NCBI GenBank assembly: GCA_963820965.1
Contig: CAWGCC010000011.1
Span: 655-64,654, forward strand
DNA: 64,000 bases
Reading direction: 5' to 3'
Source: an uncultured beta proteobacterium
GTDB lineage: Bacteria; Pseudomonadota; Gammaproteobacteria; Burkholderiales; SG8-39
A model generated the notes under the pieces. It saw only the letters and a program-made list of their open reading frames with translations, searched no databases and was not told the origin of the DNA. Numbering within the stretch: the first letter of the stretch is position 1; every line of letters begins with the position of its first letter. Positions 1 to 9,421 of the stretch are shown here, one piece after another. Both the position numbers and the translations under genes were made by a program.

Positions 1-700
1 GCAGCACATCGTCGCGCACCTGCGGGCGTTCCTGCGGTACTGCGGCGACCACGGCGAGACGGCACGGGACTCGAGCGCATCGATACGCCGCGGACCTACC
101 GCGGCGAGCTGCCGCCGCGCGCCCTGGACTGGAAGCTGGTCCGCGGCTGCTGGCCTCGGTCGACCGGGCAGTCGCGCGGGCTGGCGCGATTACGCCATCC
201 TGCATCTCATGGCGTATTACGGCCTGCGCCCATCGGAGATCGTCGCCCTGAAGCTCAACTCGATCGACTGGACCGCCAAGACGCTCTCGGTCGAGCAGCG
301 CAAGACCCGCTCGATCCTGGTCCTGCCGCTGGCGGAGCGGACGGTGAACCTGCTGCGACGCTACCTGCGACACGGCCGCCCCGCCAGCGATCGTCCGGAA
401 CTGTTCCTGCGGGCGCGCAGCCCGGCCGGAGGGTTGAGCCATTACGCGGTCGTCGACATCTTCGAGAAGCGGGCACGGCTGAGCGGCCTGCCGCTGCAGG
501 GCGGCTCTTCCTATGGGCTGCGGCATGCCTTCGCCATGCGATTGCTGCACCGTGGCGTCGGCGTCAAGGCGATCGGCGACCTGCTCGGGCACCACAGCCT
601 GGAGAGCACCTGCGTCTATCTGCGGATCGACATCGACATGCTGCGCGCGGTCGCGCTGCCGGTGCCGAGCCTCGAGCGTGGCTCCAGGAGGCCGACATGA
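1..700 (+). CDS. Tyrosine recombinase, first gene of RIT trio (5' partial, apparent frameshifts before 209)
   Basis: RDYAILHLMAYYGLRPSEI (box I Arg), YGLRHAFA (H-x-x-R box variant), LLGH..LESTCVY (catalytic Tyr); stop overlaps next start (ATGA 697-700). Confidence 0.9.
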   Translation, partial: QHIVAHLRAFLRYCGDHGETARDSSASIRRGPTAASCRRAPWTGSWSAAAGLGRPGSRAGWRDYAILHLMAYYGLRPSEIVALKLNSIDWTAKTLSVEQRKTRSILVLPLAERTVNLLRRYLRHGRPASDRPELFLRARSPAGGLSHYAVVDIFEKRARLSGLPLQGGSSYGLRHAFAMRLLHRGVGVKAIGDLLGHHSLESTCVYLRIDIDMLRAVALPVPSLERGSRRPT

Positions 701-1675
701 CCGACACCATCTCCGCCGTCCGCTCTGGATCAACCGATCGCCGCCTATCTCGCCCACCAGCGCGCCCTGGGGCGCGGCTACGACAACGAGGAGCGTGTAC
801 TGAACTCTGTACGCCGCGCCGTCGCACAGGCGTCGGCCGAAGACTTGAACCCGGTTCTGTTCGATCGCTGGTGCGACACGCTTCGCGATCTGGCCGCCAA
901 CACCCGACGCGCTCGCCAGCTGATCGTGCGCAAGTTCTGCCTGTATCGGAGCCGAGGCGAACCGCGCTGCTTCGTGCCCAACCCGCTGTACTTCGCCCGG
1001 CTCCGACCCTACCGCAGCCCGATCATCGTCGAGCCCGAGCAGGTGGCCCGCATGCTTGCCGCGGCCGATGCAGCTCGCGCCGACGCCGGGCTCGCCGCTG
1101 CTGCCCGCGGTGATGCGCATCGCCGTCGTGCTTCTCTACACGGCAGGTCTGCGGCGCGGCGAGCTGCTGCGCCTGACCCTGGACGATGTCGAGCCGCGGT
1201 CGGGCGTGCTTCGCATCCGCGAATCGAAGTTCCACAAGTCACGGCTGGTGCCGCTGTCGCCCGACGCCCGCACGGAGCTGCGACGCTATCTGCGCAAGCG
1301 TCTGGCGCCGCGCTCGACGCACGGCCGGGCGCACCGTTGCTGTGCAACACGACGCGGGGACTGCACGGCTACACCGGCACTGGCCTGAGCGGCGGCATCC
1401 ACGAGCTGTTCGAGGCAGCCGGGGTGCGCGACGGCGACGGCCGTCGACCGCGCATTCACGACCTTCGACACAGCTTCGCGGTCCAGGCGCTGATTCGCTG
1501 GTATCGCGAGGGCGCCGACGTGCAGTCGCAGCTGCCCAAGCTTGCGATGTACATGGGACACGTCTCGATCGTCTCCACGGCCTACTACCTGCGGTTCGTG
1601 CCGGAGGTGGCGAGCCTCGCCAGCGAGCGCTTCGAGAGGGGGTTCGGCGACCTCCTCCGGGAGGTGCGCCCATGA
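697..1675 (+). CDS. Tyrosine recombinase, second gene of RIT trio (frameshifts near 715, 1075, 1320)
   Basis: Pieces across frames: IAAYLAHQRALGRGY, LLYTAGLRRGELLRL, IRESKFHKSRLVPL, PRIHDLRHSFAV, YMGHVSIVSTAYY. Confidence 0.9.
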
Positions 1676-2702
1676 AGCCGCGTCAGCCCACCGAGCTTGG
1701 CCGCTGCCTCGTGCGCTTCTTCCAGGAGTACCTCCCCGCGCTCCGCGGCGTGAGCCTGCACACGATCCGCAGCTACCGCGATGCCCTGGTGTTGCTGCTG
1801 CGGTTCGCCGCGCGCGAGACCAAGCGCCCGATCGAAGCGCTGAGCATCGCCGATGTGAACGCCGATCGCGTCGACCGATTCCTGAAGTCCCTCGAGAGCG
1901 AGCGCCACAACGGCATCGCCACGCGCAACGCCCGGCTTGCCGCGATCCACACGTTCGCCCGGTTCCTGGTCGCCGAGCACCCCGAGCATCTGGAGTCGCT
2001 GCAGCGCGTTCTCGGTATCCCGTTCAAGCGCGGTGCGCGCGAGGCGCCCATCGAGTATCTGGAGAAGACCGAGATCGAGGCGCTGCTTGCCAGCATCGAT
2101 CGGACGAGCTGGTCGGGACAGCGCGACTACGCCCTGTTTGCGCTCATGTTCAACACCGGCGCACGGGTCCAGGAGATCCTGAACCTTCGGGTTCGCGATC
2201 TGCGGCTCGATCCGCCATACCAGGTCCGGCTGCACGGCAAGGGCAACAAGGTCCGCCTGTGCCCGATCTGGCCGCGCACCGCGCAGCTGTTGCGCGAGCT
2301 CCTCCAGAGCGACCATGCGAGCGATCAGGACCCGGCCGATCGGCCCGTCTTCGTCAATCGCCACGGCGCCGCAATGACCCGGTTCGGCGTGCGCTATCTC
2401 CTGCGCAAGCACCTGGCGGCGGCAGCAAGCGGGCCTCGACGTTGGCCGACAAGCGAATCCACCCGCACTCGCTTCGGCATACGACCGCCATCTTCCTGCT
2501 CAAGGCCGGCGTCGACTTCGCCACGATCAGCCAGTGGCTCGGCCACGCGAGCCTGAACACGACGATGCGATACGCGCGCGCCGATCTCGATCTCAAGCGG
2601 CAGGCGCTCGCGCAGGTCTTCCCCGAAGTTCTTGCTCCCCCGAAGGGCGGCGCCTACCTCTTCAACGGGGCCGACCTCACCGGCTGGCTGCGTCGTCTCT
2701 GA
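1672..2702 (+). CDS. Tyrosine recombinase, third gene of RIT trio (frameshift near 2425)
   Basis: HTIRSYRDAL, TRNARLAAIHTF, RDYALFALMFNTGARVQE, HGKGNKVR, IHPHSLRHTTA, WLGHASLNTTMRY. Confidence 0.92.
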
Positions 2703-2793
2703 TCGCAATTATGTGGAGTACACCCGCACGCTCTCCGAGAGGGAAACTGCCGCCCCGGGCCTCTACTCCACATAACTGCGCACGGCACATAAG

Positions 2794-2823
2794 TCGATTA
2801 ATGCTGTGCTCAACATTAATCGA
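2794..2823. repeat. AT-rich palindrome at RIT/target junction
   Basis: TCGATTAATG (2794-2803) and CATTAATCGA (2814-2823) are perfect reverse complements with a 10-bp spacer. Confidence 0.9.
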
Positions 2824-3109
2824 TGAGTTCGGCCTGAAACCCTTGAGACCGCCTGCAGACGGGGATCTGCACGATCTCATCGCCGAGCGCTACGAGACCG
2901 CCGCGACCATCGTCACCAGCAACCTCGACTTCGCCGAATGGGATCAGGCCTTCCCCGCCAACCGCCTGCTCGCCTCGGCAACGCTCGACCGGCTGCGCCA
3001 CAACGCCTACTGCCTCGTCCTCGACGGGCAGTCCTATCGGGCACCTAAGCTCGGGCCGAGCGCGCCTAAATCAAAGGTTGCAAACAACGCCAAAGCCACG
3101 CATTCTTAA
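2815..3109 (+). pseudogene. istB: IS21-family IstB ATPase, C-terminal part (interrupted by RIT)
   Basis: LIDEFGLKP (Walker B), DLIAERYE, TIVTSNLDFAEW, ATLDRLRHNAY..LDGQSYR. Confidence 0.9.
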
Positions 3110-3142
3110 CCCACGGGACGCCCGTTTGACCTACCCAAAACT

Positions 3143-3191
3143 GGCTCCATTACGCCGAAAAATCCCGGCTCCTTTACGGCGAAAAGTGACA
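3143..3191 (+). repeat. IS21-family right end with tandem transposase-binding repeats
   Basis: GGCTCCATTACGCCGAAAA (3143-3161) and GGCTCCTTTACGGCGAAAA (3167-3185), 17/19 identical, ending TGACA at 3187-3191. Confidence 0.8.
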
Positions 3192-3594
3192 GTTCTTACC
3201 GGAAACATGGCCTGATGCGCCGCTACGAATCCGAAGAGTTCTTGGGTTTCGTATCGGCCTCCCTTGCGAACCAGGCCCTGGCCTTTGCCAGGATCCCGCG
3301 CTCGGTCTTGAGTTGGCGGTTCTCACGACGCAGCTTCACGAGCTCCTCGCGCTCGGCGCTCGTCAGCACATCTTTTCGCTTGCCCTCGTTGGCATCGGCC
3401 TGCGCCAGCCAATTGCGGATCGTCTGCTCCGAGGGCTCGAACTCCTCGGCGAGCTCCTTCACGCTACGGCCGGCTTCGACCAGCTCGATCAGCCTCTGCC
3501 GGAATTCCGGTGGATATTCAGGACGACTGCGGGACATCGTGGACCTCCCTTTCGGCCAACATTGAAAAGTGTCGACGAAAGCGGGTCAACTCCA
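3192..3594 (-). mobile_element. IS3-family element left part; OrfB cut after a few codons by the IS21 end
   Basis: Minus-strand end TGGAGTTGACCCGCTTTCGTCGACAC from 3594; OrfB start-like FGFVAAHQAMFPVR ends at 3192. Confidence 0.8.
3223..3537 (-). CDS. IS3-family transposase OrfA (HTH)
   Basis: YPPEFRQRLIELVEAGRSVKELAEEFEPSEQTIRNW ... EELVKLRRENRQLKTERGIL. Confidence 0.92.
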   Translation of the reverse strand: MSRSRPEYPPEFRQRLIELVEAGRSVKELAEEFEPSEQTIRNWLAQADANEGKRKDVLTSAEREELVKLRRENRQLKTERGILAKARAWFAREADTKPKNSSDS

Positions 3595-3595
3595 A

Positions 3596-4465
3596 TCAAT
3601 GCTTACGCGCGACGATCAACAGGGAGCCGCCCAGCGGAAAACGTCCGCCGAGAAGGATCCACGCACGCTCCACGTCGAGAACCCTTTCAAGCAAGAAATT
3701 TAGCGGGCCGAAGACTCGAAGCTCATCGGTTGGATCGGGTTTTCTGCTCGAAAACCACTTGGCACGTCGGGACAGCATCATCAGCGGTAGCAGCAGCGAG
3801 ACAAATGACGTGCTTCGTTCGACTTCGAAACCTGCACGGCGAACTTTCGCGACTAGCGCGTCAGCATCGTAACGTAGCACGTGGTGAGCCTGAACATCCT
3901 GCTCGCTCCACAAAAACATGTGCTGGGGAACGGTGAGCATGATCCCTCCGCCGCTCTTGACCGCCCGGTGCATCTGAACGAGGACTTGCTCATCCTCTTT
4001 GATGTGCTCCAGCACATCGAATGCGCCGATCACATCAAATTCGTCCTCGAACGGCATACGGCGGGCATCCATCTGAAACAGGGCCGCAGACTTGATTCGT
4101 CGCGCCGCGCGCGCTAGTCCCGAAATCTGAACGTCACTGCCGGCTAGACGCATGGCCGGGAAAAGCGCCTCCAGGTCGGATAGCACGAAGCCCGTACCGC
4201 AGCCGATTTCCAAGACGTCCTTCGCGTGCGGGAAATAGCGCGCCATCGCCCAGGCGATCAGCTTGTTTCGGGAGCGAAACCAGAAGTTTCGGGATTCCAG
4301 ATTGGCCAGCGACGCGAAGATCTCACGCGTGAATCCTTTTGCTTCGGTCGACATCTCCGGCGCGAAGGCGAGGAAGCCGGACTCGAGTTTCGGGGACGAG
4401 CCGCACTTGGGGCATCGCCATCCCGCACCCGAGAAAGCCGTCCCGCAGGCTTGGCACAGTTTCAA
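3596..4465 (-). CDS. Class I SAM-dependent methyltransferase with N-terminal CxxC..CxxC
   Basis: VLEIGCGTG motif I, FDVLEHI, WSEQDVQAHH..RY; typical of polysaccharide clusters. Confidence 0.88.
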   Translation of the reverse strand: MKLCQACGTAFSGAGWRCPKCGSSPKLESGFLAFAPEMSTEAKGFTREIFASLANLESRNFWFRSRNKLIAWAMARYFPHAKDVLEIGCGTGFVLSDLEALFPAMRLAGSDVQISGLARAARRIKSAALFQMDARRMPFEDEFDVIGAFDVLEHIKEDEQVLVQMHRAVKSGGGIMLTVPQHMFLWSEQDVQAHHVLRYDADALVAKVRRAGFEVERSTSFVSLLLPLMMLSRRAKWFSSRKPDPTDELRVFGPLNFLLERVLDVERAWILLGGRFPLGGSLLIVARKH

Positions 4466-4810
4466 CCCAGGCTCCCGACGGCGATGAGCCCGAACCGGAC
4501 AACCTTCAGGTTAGTGATCGGCTCGTGGAAAAAAACTCCGCTTGAGATCAAGACCAGCACGAACGTAGCGCCCATGAATGGAGAGGATCACTGAGGTGAA
4601 GCTTGGTCATGGCCGCCATCCGGCGATGGACGCAAGCACAGCAGCAGCAGGGTGGGAGATCACTCAAGGGCGGGCAAGAAACAGCAATCCTCTCGGCACA
4701 AGTCCAGGAAACGGCCTGGCGCTCAGCACTTGCCACTTGATCACCGCTAGACCCTACACCGTTACGATGATCGTCAATGCGACGTAGGTGTAGCTGATCT
4801 TAAGATTCAA
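4462..4810 (-). pseudogene. EamA/SMR (ArnE/F-like) small membrane protein, disrupted
   Basis: ISYTYVALTIIVTV*GLAVIKWQ has an internal TAG plus later frameshifts; paralogous to MSYAYVAGTLLFTVLGQLLLKWQ at 9059; stop overlaps TTG start at 4465. Confidence 0.7.
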
Positions 4811-4992
4811 AGGCGCAGGCGGCAGGCCGAGCAGGAATGGAGCTTCCCGCCGTCTTCCACCAGCACCGGTCGGCAAGTCGTGATACCTGAACTGGGTCGA
4901 GGGTGAGCGGGTCGGCCGTGCGATAAACGTTGGTCATTTCACGCTTGCGCCGAGGTTGGTGTTGCGCGCCAAGACCATATGTCGCGCGGCGA

Positions 4993-5037
4993 CCACGGGA
5001 TGTAGTTTGATTGCAGGATTGCGATGCGCCTACCCAT
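4993..5037 (-). pseudogene. WbqC-family N-terminal stub (15 codons)
   Basis: MGRRIAILQSNYIPW matches MKKVAIVQSNYIPW at 8001, then similarity stops. Confidence 0.7.
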
Positions 5038-5084
5038 CGCCTGTTGATTTTCGCTTCGGTTGCAGTCCCCCATCCCGATCGGCC

Positions 5085-5489
5085 TCAGCGAGGGGACCAC
5101 AGCACCGCGATTCCAACTACGATCAGCACGATCCCCACCCACACTCTCGCCGTGACCACCTCGCCAAGAAACAGCGCGCTAAGAAGCGCGACGATTAATG
5201 CAGAGCTACAGGCGATGGGATACGCATAGCTTAACTCCAGTCGGCTCAGGCTCAAGGTCCAAAATAGGAAGGCGATGACAAGCATCGCGAACGCCGCGAA
5301 GAGATGAAGCAACTTCCCTGCGGCAAACATCTGTTCGAGCATGAACCCGTTTGCGGTCAAGGGCCCGGTCTCATTCAACACTGCTTTGAGCACGACCTGG
5401 CTTCCCGAACCGAACAACATTGACAGCAGCAAACATACATTCCCGATCATGAACTTAGACATCTGGAAATCCTTAGAGGCTATACGCAA
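5085..5489 (-). CDS. EamA/SMR-like (ArnE/ArnF-type) membrane protein, putative lipid-linked sugar flippase subunit
   Basis: Four hydrophobic segments; SQVVLK, WTLSLSRLELSYAYP, FLGEVVT..GIVLIVVGI; true start may be a downstream Met. Confidence 0.8.
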   Translation of the reverse strand: MRIASKDFQMSKFMIGNVCLLLSMLFGSGSQVVLKAVLNETGPLTANGFMLEQMFAAGKLLHLFAAFAMLVIAFLFWTLSLSRLELSYAYPIACSSALIVALLSALFLGEVVTARVWVGIVLIVVGIAVLWSPR

Positions 5490-5516
5490 GCGGCATCAGA
5501 ACACCACATGTTGCGC

Positions 5517-6161
5517 TCAGTCCTTCCGGCATACGATGGTGAAATCATATTCCTTGTAATCGTGAAGGAGCGCTACGTGCCTAGAAAGCTTCCGCTTACA
5601 GTAATCAAATAGGACGCACGGGTCCGCATAAAACAAGTCGTCTTTCATGTACTCCTTGTCCGAGTACTTGGTCAGCGCGTTAAATGCGAAACCCCTCTTG
5701 CTCTTCGCATTCATGACACTCATGATTTCGAGGACGTAATTGAGCCATTCGTGCTCGGGGATCCCGAATTTCTGGTTCATGATTCCGCTAGCTACGGTGT
5801 AATCGGCGAGCCGCATATCGTCCGCTACTTCGATCCTGACAAATCGGCGGTTCGGCGTCTGGCCGTATAGCTCCGTTGCTCCTTCGACCATCGTGTCCAA
5901 CAAGTCGTACCCACAGTAGTCGCAATCGTGCAGACCAATATTGGACAAGAATCCCGCAAAATCGCCTAGGCCACAGCCCAGGTCGTTGATCGAGATCCTC
6001 TCCCCAGGGGCGACATTGATGACTTTCGCCAACTGGGCAAACCTGATCGATTGCGCCGCATCGTTCTTCCAACCGACCTTCCTTGAAGTCTCGGCATGGT
6101 CCATTCGAGTGCGGTAATACTCCCGCAGCTGATCATTGATACTATTCGGCAACGACCTCAT
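5517..6161 (-). CDS. Class I SAM-dependent methyltransferase
   Basis: VGWKNDAAQSIRF, SINDLGCGLG, DYTVASGIMN, GFAFNALT, LLHDYKEYDFT. Confidence 0.85.
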   Translation of the reverse strand: MRSLPNSINDQLREYYRTRMDHAETSRKVGWKNDAAQSIRFAQLAKVINVAPGERISINDLGCGLGDFAGFLSNIGLHDCDYCGYDLLDTMVEGATELYGQTPNRRFVRIEVADDMRLADYTVASGIMNQKFGIPEHEWLNYVLEIMSVMNAKSKRGFAFNALTKYSDKEYMKDDLFYADPCVLFDYCKRKLSRHVALLHDYKEYDFTIVCRKD

Positions 6162-7084
6162 TTCTTGGCTCTATGGATCTTTCGGATGATGGTCAATGGT
6201 CTATTCTTTATCTCCATGAACATCTTCGAAAGATAAATTCCGATGACGCCGAGGGAAAAAACCAACAAGCCGCCAATGAACCAGATGGAGACGAGCGTGC
6301 TCGTCCAGCCCTCAACGATTTCCTCATGAATGAACCGCAGGACGAGAAGATATACGACGAATCCGAAGGCCACGAGAGTTATGATGAGACCGAGCAAAAA
6401 GAAGAACACCAAAGGCCTGCTGCTGAAGGAGGTGATCGAGTTGACCATCATGTTCACCTTTCTACTGAACGTGTATGTCGTCGAGCCTTTGCTGCCTTTT
6501 GAGATTGCGAGCGGCCTCTGATTGAAACCCGTGAGCACGAAAACGCCCCAAAGCTCGAGCTCCTTCTCGTCGAACTTGATGACGTTGTCGACATAGGTTC
6601 TCGACATCAACCGCGCGGTCAGCGAATTCGCCGGGTACTCTATGTCGGCCAAAACAGAGAACAAGAAGTACCAGAGCTGTCCGCTGACTCTTTCAAAGAA
6701 TCCTCCTCTTCGCTTGCTTTGCACGCCGTAGACGACGTCGATATCTTTGCTGCCGTTAAGCTCGTGCCAATACAAGTTGAATAATTCCGGAATCTCCTCG
6801 AGATCACTGTCGATGAGGAAGACATAATCCCCGCGCGAGTGCTTCAGCCCCGTCATGATTGCGCGGTGATGCCCGAAATTTCGTGAAAGATCGATGGCGA
6901 CAACATTCTTGTCGCGTTCCTGCATTTGGAGAACCACTTGCAACGATCTGTCGGGTGAGCCATCGTTGACAAAGATGACCTCGTAGTCGCTCGTCACTTT
7001 CGTTACGGCCGCAACCATGCGCTCGCAGAATTCCTGCACGTAGCGCTCCGAGCAGTACAGCGTCGTGACGACTGAGATCCTCAT
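6158..7084 (-). CDS. GT2 polyprenyl-phosphate glycosyltransferase (ArnC/GtrB-like)
   Basis: VNDGSPD, LSRNFGHHRAIMTGL, IDSDLE, two C-terminal TM helices with GWTS..IGIYL..RP. Confidence 0.92.
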   Translation of the reverse strand: MRISVVTTLYCSERYVQEFCERMVAAVTKVTSDYEVIFVNDGSPDRSLQVVLQMQERDKNVVAIDLSRNFGHHRAIMTGLKHSRGDYVFLIDSDLEEIPELFNLYWHELNGSKDIDVVYGVQSKRRGGFFERVSGQLWYFLFSVLADIEYPANSLTARLMSRTYVDNVIKFDEKELELWGVFVLTGFNQRPLAISKGSKGSTTYTFSRKVNMMVNSITSFSSRPLVFFFLLGLIITLVAFGFVVYLLVLRFIHEEIVEGWTSTLVSIWFIGGLLVFSLGVIGIYLSKMFMEIKNRPLTIIRKIHRAKK

Positions 7085-7090
7085 GCGGGC

Positions 7091-7950
7091 GGTGTCCCGT
7101 TCTTAGTTGAAGCTTTGGACGGCGGTTGGTTCACAGGCTAAGCAGCGCGCGTCTTCACGTCAACCTCCTCGACCGATCGCCCGAGTGCAGCGCCGAGTAC
7201 CCACAGCTGGCGATGGCCCTGGATCTTGCGGAACGACTTCTCGGCTTCCAGGAATCCGGTCGCCGTCCAGCGCAGCGCCATCTGGGCGTCGGGGTAGCGA
7301 CTGACGCGATGGGTCACCCGACGCACCGCACCGTTCTGGTTCTCGATCACGTTGGTGCTCGCCAGACAGGCGCGATCAGAGACGGCGTGAGCTTCAGCCG
7401 ATTCACCGTGAAGGTCTCCTCCAGCCCCTCGAGCAGACTTCCCGCGTAGGCCGCATGCATCACGGCTCTCACCTGCGCCGAGCGGCTTGGGGGGCCGCTC
7501 GGTGACGTCTCGCATCTTGTGGATGCGACAGCGCTGCACCTTCGCCTGCCCACCGAAGAGTTCCTCGATCGCGCTTCTCAAGGCCTTCGAGCCGTCGATG
7601 ACGAACAGCCGTACCCGATCCGGACCGATTCCGCGCTCGATGAGGCTCGAGAGCAGGTCCTTGGCCACCTGCGCGTTCTCGCTCGACCCCTGTCGCAGCC
7701 CCAGCAGATGCTTCTTGCCTCGGCATCGGCGCCGGCGGCGGCCAGAATGTGGTGATCGTCAACAGCAATCCCGTCGATCCAGATGGCCAGGATGTCGAGC
7801 CCGTCGAAGCGACGACCCATCAGGGCTTCCAATGCGTCTCTGGAGGCTCGAATGAACCGCCGCGACACCGAGCTCTTGGCGATACCGACCGTGCCAGCCA
7901 TGCGCGGCAGCACCTCGGCGTACTTGCGTGTCGAAACGCCGCGGAACCAG
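7091..7950 (-). mobile_element. IS256-family transposase remnant with one terminal sequence
   Basis: VGIAKSSVSRRF, LFVIDGSKALRSAI, QRCRIHK, LASTNVIEN, AEKSFRKIQGHRQL; frameshifts and internal deletions; end-like GGTGTCCCGTTCTTAGTTGAAG at 7091-7112. Confidence 0.85.
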
Positions 7951-7986
7951 GATGTCGCGGATGCGGCGCTGCCGCCTGGTTGCCGG

Positions 7987-8016
7987 TGAAGAAGGTCGCC
8001 ATGAAGAAGGTCGCCA
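7987..8016 (+). repeat. 15-bp tandem duplication spanning the wbqC start
   Basis: TGAAGAAGGTCGCCA at 7987-8001 and 8002-8016. Confidence 0.9.
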
Positions 8017-8693
8017 TCGTGCAGTCGAACTACATTCCCTGGAAGGGCTACTTCGACCTGGTCAACTCGGTCGACGAGTTCATCCTGTTCGACGACATGC
8101 AGTTCACGCGGCGCGACTGGCGCAACCGCAACCTGGTGAAGACGCCGGGCGGCCTGCAGTGGCTAACCATCCCGGTGGCCGTGAAGGGGCGCTACCTGCA
8201 GAAGATCTGCGACACGCAGATCAGCGAGCCCGACTGGGGCAGGACGCACTGGGGGACGCTCAGACACAACTATGCGAAAGCGCCGTTCTTCGACCTCTAC
8301 CGCCCGCTGCTCGAACCGTTGTACGCCTCGTGCGAGCCGCAACTCAGCGCGGTGAACCTGGCGTTCATCCGGGCGATCTGTGGCATCCTCGGCATCGCGA
8401 CGAAGATCTCTTGGTCGATGGACTATCGGCCGCTGAAAGAGGGCAAGACGGAGCGCCTGGTGGACCTGTGCAAGCGAGCCGAGGGCACGCACTACGTATC
8501 CGGGCCGCTGGCACGGGACTACATGGAGCCCGAGCTGTTCGACGCCGCCGGCATCGCGCTCGAGTACTTCGACTACGCCGGCTATCCCGAGTACCCGCAG
8601 CGCTTCGGCAAGTTCGAGCACGGCGTGACGATCCTCGACCTGCTGTTCAACGCCGGGCCCGAGGCGCGCCGCTACATGAAGAGCTTCGCGTGA
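8001..8693 (+). CDS. WbqC-family protein
   Basis: QSNYIPWKGYFDL, FDDMQFTRRDWRNRN, WLTIPV, YVSGP, YPQRFGKF..TILDLLFN. Confidence 0.92.
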   Translation: MKKVAIVQSNYIPWKGYFDLVNSVDEFILFDDMQFTRRDWRNRNLVKTPGGLQWLTIPVAVKGRYLQKICDTQISEPDWGRTHWGTLRHNYAKAPFFDLYRPLLEPLYASCEPQLSAVNLAFIRAICGILGIATKISWSMDYRPLKEGKTERLVDLCKRAEGTHYVSGPLARDYMEPELFDAAGIALEYFDYAGYPEYPQRFGKFEHGVTILDLLFNAGPEARRYMKSFA

Positions 8694-9058
8694 CGGACCT
8701 TGCCGAGGTCGGCCGCTACTACAGCGAGAAGCTCGGCGCGCATGGCGCGTCGGCGCAGGGCGTCGACTGGAACAGCGCCGAGTCGCACCGCCTGCGGCTC
8801 GAGCAGATGGCGCGCGTGCTCGGCGCCGAGCCGGAATTCAGCCTGAACGACCTCGGCTGCGGCTACGGCGCTCTCTATGACTACCTGCGTGCGCCCGGCA
8901 GAACCTGCGACTATCTCGGCGTCGACGTCTCCGCGGCGATGATCGAGAAGGCCGCGGCGCTGCACGGGGGGCAGGCGGGCTGCCGCTTCATCGTCGGCGA
9001 CCGCGCCGACCGCGCCGCCGACTACAGCGTGGCGTGCGGCATCTTCAGCGTCAGGCTT
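8690..9058 (+). pseudogene. SAM methyltransferase N-terminal half, fused in frame to the next gene
   Basis: YYSEKL..GVDWNS, SLNDLGCGYG, DYSVACGIF then ends; paralog 5517-6161 continues ~70 aa further. Confidence 0.75.
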
Positions 9059-9421
9059 ATGAGCTATGCATATGTCGCGGGGACGCTGCTGTTCACGGTG
9101 CTCGGGCAGCTGCTGCTGAAATGGCAGCTCGGCGCCGGGGCGCAGCGCGGCGTCGAGCCGGCCGACCGCATCGCCTTCCTCGCGCAGCTTTTCGCCAATC
9201 CCTGGGTGCTGGCGGCAGTGGCCGCCCGCTTCGGCGCCGCGGTGTGCTGGATGCTGGCCCTCAACCGGCTGCCGCTCAGCCATGCCCATCCCTTCATTGG
9301 CTTGTCGTTCGTGGCGGTCATGCTGCTCAGCGCGGCGCTGTTCGGCGAGCCGCTGACCCTCGCCAAGGTAGCCGGCGCGCTGCTGATCTGCGCGGGCGTC
9401 GGCCTCGGCAGCCAGGGATGA
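9059..9421 (+). CDS. EamA/SMR-like (ArnE/ArnF-type) membrane protein
   Basis: GQLLLKWQ, NPWV, WMLALNRLPLSHAHPF, FGEPLTLAKVAG. Confidence 0.8.
   Translation: MSYAYVAGTLLFTVLGQLLLKWQLGAGAQRGVEPADRIAFLAQLFANPWVLAAVAARFGAAVCWMLALNRLPLSHAHPFIGLSFVAVMLLSAALFGEPLTLAKVAGALLICAGVGLGSQG

Larger units (their letters stand above)
1..2792 (+). mobile_element. RIT (recombinase-in-trio) element, right portion
   Basis: Three overlapping co-oriented tyrosine recombinases followed by TTATGTGGAGTA (2709-2720)/TACTCCACATAA (2764-2775) inverted repeat and a further CACATAA at 2786-2792. Confidence 0.85.

Noticed and set aside
1-2702. Integron or prophage integrase
   Set aside because: Three tandem recombinases, no attC cassettes or phage genes; fits RIT
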